From Phoronis australis (lineage: Eukaryota > Animalia > Phoronida): a stretch of 64,000 bases of DNA. The notes under the pieces are model-generated. The model did no database searches, was not told the DNA's origin, and saw only the letters and a list, made by a program, of their open reading frames with translations. The stretch lies in assembly GCA_002633005.1 (NCBI GenBank), contig NMRA01000399.1, forward strand, positions 215,570-279,569, in the 5' to 3' direction. Every line of letters starts with the position of its first letter. The first letter of the stretch is position 1. A program made the position numbers and the translations under genes. Positions 14,601-28,861 of this stretch are shown in pieces.

Positions 14601-15875
14601 GGTATGACTAGGAACTACTTTCACAGTTTCAAAAGGCCCATTGTGAAGGATAGGTCTGCTGGGCGTTCTCCAATAATTCCGTTGAGTCCGTTACTGTCAA
14701 CTAGCTGCCACCCTCCAAGTCCACAATGTCTACTCAAGAGCTTGCAATGTTGCACTCGACATTTCTCAAACATTAAATTCCGAGCTCCACTCAAATTGCC
14801 ATTGATTTTCCTACCAGTTGATCCCAGCAATGTTTTTAGGAAGTAGCAAGCAGCAGGCACAGTAATGAAAGTGCTGACTCACCTCAGTCTCATTCTTACC
14901 ATAACATTATCTAAGTGAATTGCATAATTGTACTGGCAACTGACACCTTTTCACCTTATTTTGAATCCCTAGTATTTCATCTAGTAAGGAAACTGATCAG
15001 AGACGAAGACTTAATAAGCGACAGAAGACAACACCCTGGGCTCAACAACCTTTGTACGCTCAATCAATAGTTCTCACAACAAAATAATTCCGAAGACACA
15101 TCCACTGAAATCATATCTTTATCGGCAAGACATAAGTATGATTTGTTATGTATCAAAATTTACATTTTCTATTTTCATATAAATGTAATCTTGAATAAAT
15201 TAGTGAAATTCTTAGTGTGTTTGAAAGCAGTTGTAGAACAGAAACTTTGGGAATTAGTCACGGTTCATTGGCACATAAATAATCTCATTGCCGCACTGTC
15301 ATTGCTTAACCATCCTCCTCTACAAATACATTGCGCTGGTCAACAAACACATTAAAATTCTGCAGCAATCACTGCTTACTTTAGCTTTTGTCTTAAATAA
15401 TAGGTATCCCATTCATATACCTAACAAGACATATTATGCAGCTGATGAGAACTAAATGTCACTGACCATGAACAACAATGTGACTACCCTGAAAACAATG
15501 ATCTCATTACTGTGCAGTTTTATGTATAGTTAACTGAAATGAAGTTAACAACACACTGTACTGGAGTAGCATACAAAATCACAAACATTAGAACGTTGCC
15601 CCTCAAAAATTAGAATCAAAAAGGACAGAAAATCCCAACATAACATAAAGATCCTCCAAACCAGCCCATAGACTTTAGCACCTGTGGATCAATAAGGGAC
15701 TATTAATATTATCGCTTTATAGAGTAACAAGAGCGCGAAAGCCTCTTCCGCTTCATCGTAATTCAGATTTGGCAGACAGAAATTTAATTACCACACAGTG
15801 ATTCATTAATCTAAAAACTGCGGACTAAATACCCCTATCAGTCCCTCCCATTGTTGAACTAGGTTCATTCATTTA

Positions 15876-18758
15876 CCGTAAATGTTCGGGTTAACGCACT
15901 GGGTGGTTAAATTGACAAACCCAAAAAATCGGGGGTGGGCGGTTAACCATACATGGGCGCTTAAACGTGAAATTTCAAGAAATCGGGGGTGGACGATTAA
16001 CCGAACATGGGCGCTTATTACAACACTCAACCGCCCTGGGCGGTTAATCTTACCTCTCTGAGTCCCACACGACAGACGTACTCGAAACGCGTAGCATTTT
16101 TCAAAGAGCTTCATCGTCACGTCGCCAAATAACGGTAAAAATGTCATAACAGCAGATGATACCAACAAATGTTATTTTGCCCTCAGATTGGTCATTCACA
16201 ATTAAATTTACAAAATTAACGAGTAATAGTCCAGTGTCGCCCTGCGATCTTATTAGAGATGTAGTGCGCAGACGACCAGTAACAAGAACTTGGATTGCAA
16301 CTGTTCTCACGCGATGACACTGCACGCGTGCGAGCGTCACCTGTTGAAGAGGTCACAGCAGACATAAAATTTATGCTGTCAAGTTCTGAGTCAGAAACGT
16401 AATAAAAGTTTGAAGAGCTAACTCAGTTCTTTTTGGGTTTGGGATGTTTATGTTTAAGACTCCCCCTGTCAATGACATTTTCAACGTACGGTTCTGCGGC
16501 TAGCTGTTTTGTCTCGACAGTGTGACGTGGCTCACTTCCAGTTGCCATGCAAAGACGAGAATCGGGGGTAAGCAGACACGAGCCAGTCGTCACTCAAAAG
16601 TTACTGCAATGACATTACTCAAAAACTAGCATTTGACAACAATTTTATTTTAAACAATACTAACACTATGACTGGGGATGAGTCTAGTGAGCACGTACAC
16701 ATTAGAGTCCGTGGAAACATTAATTGTTCGCAATCATAACTGTAACTGTAAAAAAATAATTCATAGATGAAGACCCAATTATTTGGGTAACCGGCACCTG
16801 TGGTTTGCGCAGCTACACGACTTAAATTGGTGAAGAGCTCCCTTACCGAGTCAGTGTTGCAACCGGGACTCCGCACTCGGCATTGCACACTAAAGGTCGC
16901 ATTGGCGACCTGAAATTTGGAAATGCAAGCCGACATTATGGTCGTCTTGTATCTAGTCGAAACATGCCACCTGGAATTCCATCGCATGTGAGCCAATTTT
17001 TAGCGGAAAATGAAAACCTTGCAAACATAAAGCAACTCGTGTGAATCCGGCCTTTATTTGGTAGTTGCCAAATCGAGATGAACACTTACAGAGAACAAAC
17101 AACCCTCTCATTGACATGTAAACATGTCGCGTGAACACCGATTACTTTAGAACCTATCGGTGACGCGTTTCAATGGCTAACGTTTCGACTACTTTTGCAT
17201 TTTTTTCGGATACACCGAAGAAAATTTCGAACTGCAGCATAAATATGTGATAAAGGTCACAAAACAGCGATGTTTCTATTCATTCTTAAAAGACCAAACT
17301 TTGTGGTGGAAAAATATTTATTTATACGCAACATGTATAGATTATCCTATTATAATATCACCTAAAATATCGCACTACGGCACTAGTCAGTCCCGCTGTT
17401 TGCGCGCAATATGCTGCAGACAATTGTGACTTGGAAATGCCGTAGAGTAATGCATAGACCTTTTTCAATTATGCGCGTCGATTTTTTGTGGCAAAATACA
17501 GCGGCAAAATTCAGCACGCGCATAGGTATGAGTCACCTGTCACTCACATATGTTGTTGTCAAGGTAACATGCACTCCAGAGTGTGGGAACTTGAGAGCGT
17601 GCACCACTCCAATGTCGCACAAGATCAAAGGAGAACAGCGACAGTCCTAAGTAAAGGGGTATACCGACGTGACTGAACTTTTAAGCTGTTGTTATAAAAG
17701 ACCCAATGTTTTACGATATTCCTCTTTTCCTATGACCAACTGCAATGCTAAGTCTGTTCGAATATTTCCCGGCTTGATATTCCCTAGGCCAGATGTTTCA
17801 TGCCCTTAGTTAGCTGCGTGCACTGTCGGCAATTTTCAGTCAGTCTGTGTCGTAGATATTTCAGACTCGAATAGTAAGAATTTTGTTCAGGCTGAAGCTG
17901 CTCACAGTAACTAGGTGGGAGTTGTCGCAAGAAATCGTCTTATACAGAACCGCCAGCGACATTGGCAAATATCTGCTAACGCCAGTTTGACTGAGATATA
18001 AGCAGTTTTTTATTACTTCAAGATGATACACAAAGATCCAGTAACGTATTGCCAACCTTTGAATTCAGAAATCGAGAAGTAGCAAATCGGTGAGGCACAC
18101 CGTCCGTTTAAGGTCGCCACACATCCTCAATAACCTGGCAATTACATTCATCAAAATGGGGAGAATTTGACATCTTTCCGTGAACTATGGGAAATCTTCA
18201 AAATAGGAGTCAGCTTCCCACCTAAAGCGAACTGGAAGGGTTGGCAAACCACAGCCACATGTCTCTGGCCTGATATTTTCGAACATATGTTTTATCTAGT
18301 GCACTGCAGACGGAAACTCAGCAGGGGAGAAGCGTTACTAAAAGTGGAAATATTGAAGCCGGCGAGGTTCTTAATCTTTGTGAACATGGGAAGAAAATAA
18401 AGTGACAAAAACGTTCAAGTATTAAATTTTGAAGTAAATCCATGACTCGGAACAACAATTTGTTACTTGTATTATAATTCACATTGCCAAACCGCCGGCT
18501 CCGAGGCCGTCGTTGCACTCTAGTTGTGATCATCGATCTAAAAGTCGGGGAATGTGCGTTTCTTTAGCATGGGGCGCCAAATCTTCAATCTTTAAAAGTC
18601 GGGGATGGGCGCTTAACCGAGAAGTGGGCGCTTAAGTGGAAATCTTCAAAAATCGTGGAGGGGCGCTTAACCGAGCAGTGGGCGGTGAAATCGAAAATGC
18701 ACCTAAAGTAGGGGGTGGGCGGTTAACTGAGCATGGGCGTTAACCTGAACGTTTACGG
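15876..18758. mobile_element. Non-autonomous Tc1/mariner-superfamily (Tc2/pogo-like CCGTA ends) DNA transposon, 2.9 kb
   Basis: TA|CCGTAAATGTTCGGGTTAACGCAC ... GGGCGTTAACCTGAACGTTTACGG|TA: ~24-bp TIR with 3 mismatches and TA on both sides; GGGCG(G/C)TTAA subterminal repeats at both ends; CpG-richer than flanks; no transposase ORF. Confidence 0.85.
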
Positions 18759-19129
18759 TATTTCAGCCTGGGACCGAAACTCTTCGCTTTAATATCAGTC
18801 TCAACCATTGACTTCGCAAGGTACGGAAGTTCGTTGCAGTGGGAACTGTATGAAACTTGACGCAAAGTTCATCCGTGGATATATCAAGAGGTGATTTACC
18901 TTTCTCCATAGGCCTAAGCCATTAATGCACCCCACTGCACAGCAGTGCAAATCTGCCGGCATTATGATAGAAGGAAAGCTGTTAAAACAGTGTTTATACC
19001 AGTACGTTGAAACCCCCGTCCTATTACATGGGAACTGCAGGTATCGCTGAATACCTGCCCACCAAAGACCCGATTACCGTCAGGTGGGATAGTAACTTTC
19101 ATATGGAGCAGCTTTTTTGAAAGTCAGCA

Positions 19130-19953
19130 ATTGAAATGCAGTTAGCAGTCCAATTACTATTGAAATGCAGTTAGCAGTCCAATTACTATTGAAATGCAGT
19201 TAGCAGTCCAGTTACAATTGAAATGCAGTTAGCAGTCCAGTTACTATTGAAATGCAGTTAGCAGTCCAATTACTATTGAAATACAGTTAGCAGTCCAGTT
19301 ACAATTGAAATGCAGTTAGCAGTCCAATTACTATTGAAATGCAGTTAGCAGTCCAATTACAATTGAAATGCAGTTAGCAGTTCAATTACAATTGAATTGC
19401 AGTTACCAGTCCAATTACTATTGAAATGTAGTTAGCAGTCCAATTACTNNNNNNNNNNNNNNNNNNNNNNNNNNNNNNNNNNNNNNNNNNNNNNNNNNNN
19501 NNNNNNNNNNNNNNNNNNNNNNNNNNNNNNNNNNNNNNNNNNNNNNNNNNNNNNNNNNNNNNNNNNNNNNNNNNNNNNNNNNNNNNNNNNNNNNNNNNNN
19601 NNNNNNNNNNNNNNNNNNNNNNNNNNNNNNNNNNNNNNNNNNNNNNNNNNNNNNNNNNNNNNNNNNNNNNNNNNNNNNNNNNNNNNNNNNNNNNNNNNNN
19701 NNNNNNNNNNNNNNNNNNNNNNNNNNNNNNNNNNNNNNNNNNNNNNNNNNNNNNNNNNNNNNNNNNNNNNNNNNNNNNNATTGAAATGCAGTTAGCAGTC
19801 CAATTACAATTGAAATGCAGTTACCAGTCCAATTACTATTGAAATGCAGTTAGCAGTCCAATTACTATTGAAATGCAGTTAGCAGTCCAATTACAATTGA
19901 AATGCAGTTAGCAGTCCAATTACAATTGAAATGCAGTTAGCAGTCCAATTACT
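19130..19953. repeat. 29-bp minisatellite spanning gap 19449-19779
   Basis: Unit ATTGAAATGCAGTTAGCAGTCCAATTACT on both sides of the Ns. Confidence 0.95.
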
Positions 19954-22900
19954 GATTGTCGCAGACTATACCGGGTAGTACACCAAATCACGTGTTAGAA
20001 TGCTGCCCCCAATAAAATTGGATCCAGAATCAAAGGACTTAAAACACCACCCAAAGGTCTTTTAAATTGGCCCATAGACTTTTGAGCAAGAGGGTCAATT
20101 GCCCCATATCAATATTTTCCTAAGAACATCTTTGTTTCAGTAGGACTGTATTCATGTAATATTTTGATGCTCAGATCTGATGCTTGGTTTCTCGGCTTAA
20201 TTTCAATAGCTAACCAGGGTTTAATATCGTTTCATGGTGCAGCAGAAACGCAGCACTTTGTGCTGGGATCCAAGTTCATAGTATTAAAATTACTCTTTAA
20301 GCACAACATCTGTATCAAATACACCTAACATACAGGTTGTGAGCCTGTAATGGATATTTTTAAATTTTCACTTTGGTTAGCAGGTGCTCCATGATCTTTT
20401 GCGAATTTTTTATTTTCAAAAGCAGATAAAAGACCTTCACATAATCCCAAGTATACCAAATATTTTATGACGATTGTACAGTACAGCTATGTTTCAAACA
20501 ACAAAACAAAATTTTTGTTAATACCATAGAAAAAATAAAATTCTACATTTCTGTCATACTGTGCTCAGAATAGAAACATTACCAAGCACAAGATTTAGGT
20601 TGAAATCTAAGTTATCATTATCGAGTGAGACATTATAGGCTATTACACTAGCGCACTACTTTACAATTACACAATTAGTCACAAAATCAAAGTCACCTAA
20701 TGACGCACAGAAATGAGAAACTTGCAAGGATTGAAAAAAAAATTTAATTATTAACTTTAAGTGATGGTAATTGGACCGTGTATCTGGGATAAAAATTGAA
20801 TTGCAGTAATTAAGCCTGTTAAATATGAAACAGTAGTGACATCTGCTTTCCATCAAAGTCACTATTTATGCAACTGTCCTATCATTTATCATCAATTTGA
20901 TCTTTTATCAACTAAAGTATAGCACTAAGCATGATTTATAGAGCAGTGGAAAAGTAGTATGGACACAACTAGTTTATATGTCTAGGATAACCAACCAACC
21001 TTATTTTAGCTCAAAATGACATGGAAAAAGGTTGCCTTCGCCTTTAAAGTCAAAATGACCCACTTATATTGAGCACGTTCGAACCCTTACCCCCCAAATC
21101 TTCCGGAAAATAGCTGTTACACTACGGTCACGCATCTACTCACCTGGCGACTCAATGAGTGACATATCGGTCTTACTGAAACAATTCTCGAACGTTTTTT
21201 AGCAGATGAGGCCAGCAAGTGCTAAGCTAAATATTAAAACACACCCTGCTTGACTGCTTGAGTTAATTTCTTTGGATACAATACACGCCTAGATCATTAC
21301 ATCGCATTTACTCTGGCAAATGAACTCTGATGACAAGCACACGCACGCTTACTCACGCACACACCCATACAAACTTCAAAACAAACGTCGCGTGACAACA
21401 ACATCTGCGTTCCTCCAGATTTTTCTCGTGTTGCGAGCCACAATCTAGCGCAGATTTGGACTCTGCAGTTAATCCAGACTCCAAAAGAACTTAAAAATCT
21501 TAGAGATGCTATCTGGAAAACTTGAGGAAGATTTCAGGTAATTTGTTGAGTCGAAGTTGTATTCTTATTCAAGAATTCAAGCCCTATCGACGATTGCGAG
21601 ACTGGCAGCTACGCATTTGTTGGCAAGATTTTGCCCTGGGATTTCAGCATAATTTTCTGAAAAATGATCGTAATTTAACAACGAATTTTGATAGCAATGC
21701 ACCACAATTTTGTAGAAAGTAAATAATAATATTCTGCACGCTTTATCTTAGCGCGTTAATGCATATGTGCGTACGTTAAGTGAGTCGACCCAGAACAGGT
21801 GATTCTGCAGAGGCATTATCCTCAAAATTGCTCATGTTGGGTTGCTTCTGGTCAAGCGAAAACAAGTTTTTTTTTCACTACCAACCGCCGTGGAATATTT
21901 GTAACTGTTTCTTTCAAGGGAAATATTGTTGGGCAGTTTCCAAGATACGTTGTCTTGTCGCCCTCAAAATGAGCGCTGCATAGCCTACTTTATGCTACGA
22001 AGTCGGAAAGATTTCACTAAGTCGGCCTTTGCTACCAGCTCTACCAATGTGTCTGACCCATGTTTAACGCAGTTCTTGATCCTTGGGAAACAGGTAGTAA
22101 CTAAATTCTTTTCGCTAACTGGTATTATAACAGCCAGGCACAAAACACGTATGACCTCCCTGTGGCCGGTTCGCCCCCACGCTTGCCGACATACTTCTTT
22201 ACCGGCTTAACCACAATGCAACATTCTGACCCATTTCCAATATGGCGGCGTTGCAACTCCGCTATTGCTTTTAAGTAATATCGACTTAATGGTTCATAAA
22301 ATCAAGGCACACAATTAGTTCTGCAACTTGCAGACTTAGTTCTTGAATGACCATCTTTCTAGTTATTCAACACACAGAATTGCTGCTGGAGAGAAAGTGC
22401 ACAGAATAATGACTACTGAAAGGCAAGTTTACAGTCAGCATTAATGCTGCAGAGAAAGGCAGCACAGATGAAACATGATCTAAATAATTAATAGAATACA
22501 TTGAATAGCAAATTCTGCATGTTGAATACCCAGATAGAGGTAATCCTATAAGACACAATTCCGCTAGTTAAATAACCATTACACTACACACAGTGAAGCC
22601 ACAATCAAAACAGAACTCATAGCTATACTTTCCTAACAATGCATTTGGCACTGGGATGTTTAATCCCGAGGCCTTGAACATGAACTTCAAGCAGTATAAA
22701 ATTAATTCCCACCAATACTATCATTTTAAACATGAAAATTACACAACAATTCTCCATTGATTTTCAACAAAAACAATTATCACGATTATTATTTTCTGTG
22801 CTAAGTGACAGACTATAACTTTAATCCTCATTTTTGTGGAAAGTTTTCACAAAAAAGAATCTCAATTCTGTGTTCAATTACACAATAACTAAATCATTTG

Positions 22901-23844
22901 TTGATGTTTCGTACAGTAATGTTTCACTTCGCAAAAAATGATGAAACTGTCACTTTTGCATTTTTCAAAAACTGATCATGTTTTAGCAAATAATTGAAAC
23001 TTGACAAAATGTTATTTTATAACATTTGTCCACCAACCCAACAACTAGTGATAAACATTAATTTCCCTTAATCTTCTGATTTTAGAAATTTAAAGGGACA
23101 TTACCGGTGACAAAGTGTTTTTCTGAGATCTGAGATTCAATACAGAATAGAACCTGCAACTCGAGAATCCCAGCCGCAGTTAACTCGTGTAAAGTCAACA
23201 GCCTCGATTTCAGTGAATTTTCACTAGATACCGGTATAAGACTTTCATATAGCAACTTGGCTACTGGGATCGCATACCAGTGGCCTCTATAGGACAAGAT
23301 GCACTTTATAACTTTTGTTAGATGCACATCACGTCTTATCACATGCATTGCAAAAGGATCAAGATGTTCTTCTATATCAAATGTTGCAGAGAAGACAAAG
23401 TACCTTCTGGTACAGGTAGGTGGCGCTATGAGTCACTAGTCCCACATGATCAGCTCCAGTTGTTTCAGGACAGTCTCCCATTGATGATTTGCAATAACAT
23501 CAACAGTCTGAACATTTTGTTATTTACAACTTTGGTCGAAGCTAAAAATGCTTTTTGGCCATAAAACTGACATCCCTTTAAAAACAGAATTCGAGGTGTT
23601 GGACAGTGTGAAAAATGATACTGAAACTGATTTCCATATTAGATGCATTAGTTATGGCAAAATCGTTCTGGCTTGAGTGATTGAGTTTTGTTGATCACAA
23701 TTTATTTTGACTGATCGTCCGGTTATCACTTATTCTTGTCATATATTCACTTATTTCATCTGTAATTCTAAAATATTCAGATCTGTACTTGATTGTTTGA
23801 ACAAAGAGAATGAATAAAAAGTAGACTACTACGCTTTAACCCAA

Positions 23845-23951
23845 ATTCTATTGGCTGATTACAAAACCTTGTACACTGATTCTATTGGCTGATTACAAAA
23901 CCTTGTATACTGATTCTATTGGCTGATTACAAAACCTTGTACACTGATTCT
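23845..23951. repeat. 34-bp tandem repeat x3
   Basis: Unit ATTCTATTGGCTGATTACAAAACCTTGTACACTG. Confidence 0.9.
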
Positions 23952-24177
23952 CAATGACAATGCAGCTCTTCGGGGACAATCATGCAGCCTTTTTTGCAGA
24001 ATTTTTCCACAATTTAGCAAATTTATCATCTGAACATAAGAATTTGGAATTAATAGCTGTGTTCACTAGAGTAAACTTTTTGCAGAAACAATCCCAAAAT
24101 AGTTCCAGAATGAGCCACAAATGGCAGTTTGTCAAAAATAATGAAACAGAAAACTCTGGTCACAAACATGCCTCCAT

Positions 24178-24473
24178 TTTAGGCTACTTTGGGGGTAACT
24201 TTAGGCTAGCTAGCGTGGGGGTAACTTTAGGCTACTTTGGGGGTAACTTTAGGCTAGCTAGCGTGGGGGTAACTTTAGGCTAGTGTAGGGTTAACTTGAG
24301 GCTAGTTTGGGAGTAGCTTTAGGCTAGTGTAGGGGTAACTTTAGGCTAGTGTGGGAGTAGCTTTAGGCTAGTGTAGGGGTAACTTTAGGCTAGTGTGGGA
24401 GTAGCTTTAGGCTAGTGTAGGGGTAACTTTAGGCTAGTGTGGGAGTAGCTTTAGGCTAGTGTGGGGGTAACTT
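24178..24473. repeat. ~22-bp G-rich minisatellite
   Basis: Units TTTAGGCTAGTGTAGGGGTAAC alternating with TTTAGGCTAGTGTGGGAGTAGC. Confidence 0.92.
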
Positions 24474-26024
24474 AAACTCCGCATAGTCAGGTAACTGTTT
24501 ACACAATAGACCTTTTGAAATTGACTTCCAAGGTCAGTGAAAGTACTTCTTTGTAAATCTTGCTCTCAGTCATACAACTGTCCTAGTTGACCTGTGCATG
24601 TAAACACAGCTTAACAAAGGGTTTAATTGTCCTGGCTGAGAAGATAATTTTTATTACTTCCCATGAGTTTTGAATAGCCCAGCCCATCTGACAGGTTCTT
24701 ACTCAAATTGTACACTTTGCAAGTTCTCACTAATTTTTTATCCCATTTTCAAGACGCTTATTGTCAGAAAGAACTGCCTTAATAAGTAAATAACATGGTG
24801 AAAAAGTATATATTCATTACAATACATTACAAAGCCTGTTTCAGCCCAGTCCTGAACTACTAGGTTTACAAAATATGGTAATACCAGAAGTAATCTATTG
24901 TTTAAAACAGAGATAACATGCATGACAACACAAGCCAATGTAACATAACCGATGTAACGCTAATAGGTACTACTACAACCCATAATAAGACCAAAGAAAA
25001 AATATTACAACCGAAAGTTACGGAGAAATGCAGGACTTCAACATCTAGCTTAGCTCTAATTGGAATGAACTGATATTCTTGTTCAAGGACATCTCAGCAA
25101 AAGACCCTTAATCCACAAAGACTCTTTTATCAGCCAACAAACTTTACTGTTGTCACCCCATAAGACCTGAATGACAAAGCCAGAACAAGTTCACAGATCA
25201 AGGCTAATGGATATCAAATATTCATCGCGTCGACGCGGCACGTACACTATTTATTTTTTGCCACGTGTCCATTATGTGAAATAACTAAATGTTTCATACA
25301 TTCATTCGTTTATACTGAAACAAAATTTTACAACATATATTAATTTATACTTGCTTTTTTCCTTAAAAAATCTACAAACAAGACTTTCTCAAAATTCACC
25401 AGACCAAGGTATTCCCCTTAGAAAGTGTTACCTACCACTACCCATTGGAGAATCCAAGTACTTCTATATGTTGAATCCTTGGTATACCCAGTCACACTGG
25501 TACTGCCCTCAACCACTCAAGTCAGTGTGGTCAACCCTGACCATCCACGAAATGGTCAGCCACTCCTCCTTACAGTACAACTCTTAATTTCCCATCCCGA
25601 CAACCACACTCCACCAACATTGCGCGTACAGTACCACTCTTCATTTCCCATCCCGACAACCACACTCCACCAACATTGCATGTACAGTACACAACAAAAG
25701 ATAAAATGCTCCGTAATTCCATGGCGGCTAGACACAAGTCAAATTCCTCATCAGAGTCGTCTCCCCTGATGACGGAGAATGATGCGCAATTAGTCAGTAA
25801 GGTAGCTAAACCATTCTGGATTTATAACTTTTCCCTGCAATAGTTATTAACAGTCATTTGTTGCAGCTAACAGACTGGTCATACACAAGGAAGCTATGTA
25901 CAATATACTTTTGTTCCATACTGTAAGTTCTAATACTGTGCTTCAACTTAATACATAAGACTAATTCATGAGACACAAATTATTTGTTGATGACTGGGTT
26001 TGCTTTCACAAGAAAACTGTTTTC

Positions 26025-26162
26025 AAGGATTAGTGTTTGTTATCATCAAGGATCGGTGTCTGTTATCACCAAGGATCAGTATCTGTTATCATCAAGGATC
26101 AGTATCTATTATCATCAAGGATCAGTGTTATCACAAGGATCAGTATCTGTTATCATCAAGAT
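26025..26162. repeat. ~23-bp degenerate minisatellite
   Basis: TCAAGGATCAGTATCTGTTATCA repeats. Confidence 0.85.
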
Positions 26163-27759
26163 TTCACTCTTCTTTGTAACTTGCCCTTTTTGTTTGTTTT
26201 TAATAAAAATGTCTATAAGCCTGTGTTCCAATCAAAAAAGTAAAAGTGACATTTGGATTTAGGCCATTAGTAATTCTAAAATTGGTTTCAGCTTGTTCCT
26301 TGCTTAGATTACGTAGATGTAATTTCTGGGTTTGCACCAAATGACTCGCGTCATCTTAAGCAATAATGAACTGTCCTTTCTTTCCAATCCTCAAATCACA
26401 TCTGATTTGACTCAGCAACAATTTGAGACTCATTTCTTAATGATAAAGTGTTCTACATCAAAACTTGATTTTTGTAATAGACGATTTACAAACACTTATT
26501 AAACATTATAAAAGTTACTGTATCTAAAACTTGACATAAAAACGATATAATTTGGTTGTAAAAATGTACGGTAGTCAGAAGAAGACACACTACGGTAGTT
26601 CTTCTCTTACAGTATTTAGCTCACAATATGGCCAAAATGTGAAATTCTTTTCCGTAAGATTTCTTCACAAAAATAAAGATTAAGACAATTTTAGTCTTTT
26701 ACAACCACAGTGCTGTATTACAACCACAGTCTGTGTTGTACATGTCATAAAATAACATTTGGTAAAGTTTCCACAACTTACAACAAAGTCATCAGTTTTT
26801 GAAAAATTAAAGACATTACAATTTTTTCAAATTATTTTGGTGCGACATAAGTGGATGACTACTGCAGGTGTTTCTCCAATGGTGAATCGTGTCACTGCAT
26901 TGAATGTTCAATTCCACCCAATAACATCAATACAAGCTCGGCGGCAGAGACCCCTGGGAGCGTTCCACAACACTAAGTACTTGTCAGGCACAGGTGGCGA
27001 TAAGTTTTGGCTGCCTTATGGAACCAATCAATCCAGCAGTAAGGTTAAGAGATTACAACTTACAAAGCACTCGACAACAAAATCACAACAAATTGCCTTA
27101 TGCAATGTAAAATATGGAAACGGAAAAACAATTATAACAAACAACCAAAATAAACAAGCACCACAGCAGTGGTCAAATTATTACCATGAATTGAGAAAGG
27201 ACATCAGAACGTGAGTAGCATATGACAGATATCCCGTGGAAATTAGACAAAAATGTGCTAAAATAATAGTAACTGAAAGTTTACAGTGAAACTTTTAATG
27301 AGATAACGCCATTAAAATGTGGACAATAGTCAGCAACTGGCAACTGAATGTCACCTGTGCACTTAACTAGTCTGGATGTGGAAGACCATTATTATATCAT
27401 CAAAGTCTTTGAGAATTAGCGAAAACCTGTTCTATTTAGCAGAGCTTGGAATGAATAACGACAAAAGGAGGAAAACTTTCCATGAGATGTATCGTTCCAG
27501 AAATAAATAGGCTTGTGTGATAGAAATATTTTTGTGTTGTAAATAAACGTTTTTGCATGAGCAAAGTCAAAATAGTGATAAAAAAGAGACAAAAAAAGAA
27601 GAAACTGGAAATCAAATAAGAGGAGACCGAAACCAAAAAAGAGGAAATCCTTTCAAAAGAGGAAATTTCCCTAATTTAGGTAAGATTCAAGTTCAATGCT
27701 GTGTAATAAAAATGGAAAACCTCACTTTACGAAATACATCATGGACGACTCTTTGTTAT

Positions 27760-28012
27760 AATGGTCAAGCGGGGTTTTCATGGCATTGAACCACCAAGAA
27801 GACGATAGATTTCTGAAGTGCTTTGTCGTTGACTACACTTTATCTTCCAGGTGGCTTTGAAAAATACAAAAGAATTGTAGACTGCAGAGTACATATTTCA
27901 GATATGTGCGATTTTCCAACAATCTGTCATTGCTGAGAAAAGCACGGGAAGCAAATCTAGAAATTTTGAAAAATTGTGTTCATTCATGTTAACTTTTTAA
28001 ACAGACAGAGGC

Positions 28013-28068
<56 letters not shown>

Positions 28069-28367
28069 NGGGTTTTCTTGGCATTGAACCACCAAGAAGA
28101 CGATAGATTTCTGAAGTGCTTTGTGACAATGGTCAAGCAGGGTTTTCTTGGCATTGAACCACCAAGAAGACGATAGATTTCTGAAGTGCTTTGTCGTTGA
28201 CTACACTTTACCTTCCATAATACAAAAGAACTGTAGACTGCAGAGTACATATTTCACATATTTGCGATTTTCCAACAATATGTCGTTGCTGAGAAAAGCA
28301 CGGGAAGCAAATCTAGAAATTTTGAAAAATTGTGTTCATTCATGTTAACTTTTTAAACAGAAAGAGG

Positions 28368-28401
<34 letters not shown>

Positions 28402-28440
28402 AAGGCAGACAGATGGACAGACATACAGAGAGACAGACAA
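27760..28440. repeat. ~300-bp duplication with (GACA)n microsatellites around single N at 28069
   Basis: 27760-28068 recurs at 28128-28400 with small differences. Confidence 0.85.
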
Positions 28441-28861
28441 CATTTTAAGCTACAAGGATGCATGAAATCTGATGCACGCCAAGTCTGCCTGTTTTCAGCT
28501 CCAAGAAGATAAAAAGAACACATTTTTACACAATTACATGAAATTGGTAAGTTTGAGGTAGGAAAATAAACAACGTTTAGATTCTAGCTAGTTAAATAAT
28601 AAGTTGAGAGTATCATATGATACAACCTAATTTAATACTGACAAATAAATATTAAATAGACTAAATAAATAATTAAAAGTAATCATACATGTAAAAATAT
28701 TGCTAAATTTACCAAACAAAGACACTGTACTATCTCAGAAATATAAATAAAAAACATAAAAAACTGAATTACAGCCCCACATAGAGCACTGCCAGTTACT
28801 TTACATGGTCTCCGTGGAAACGTTTGTAACCTAGCAACAGAACATGCAGACTTGGCCTGTG

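Noticed and set aside
14358-14846. 162-aa plus-strand ORF (also 26759-27214 and 2318-2665)
   Set aside because: No recognisable domain, no supporting splice chain, and composition unlike real proteins
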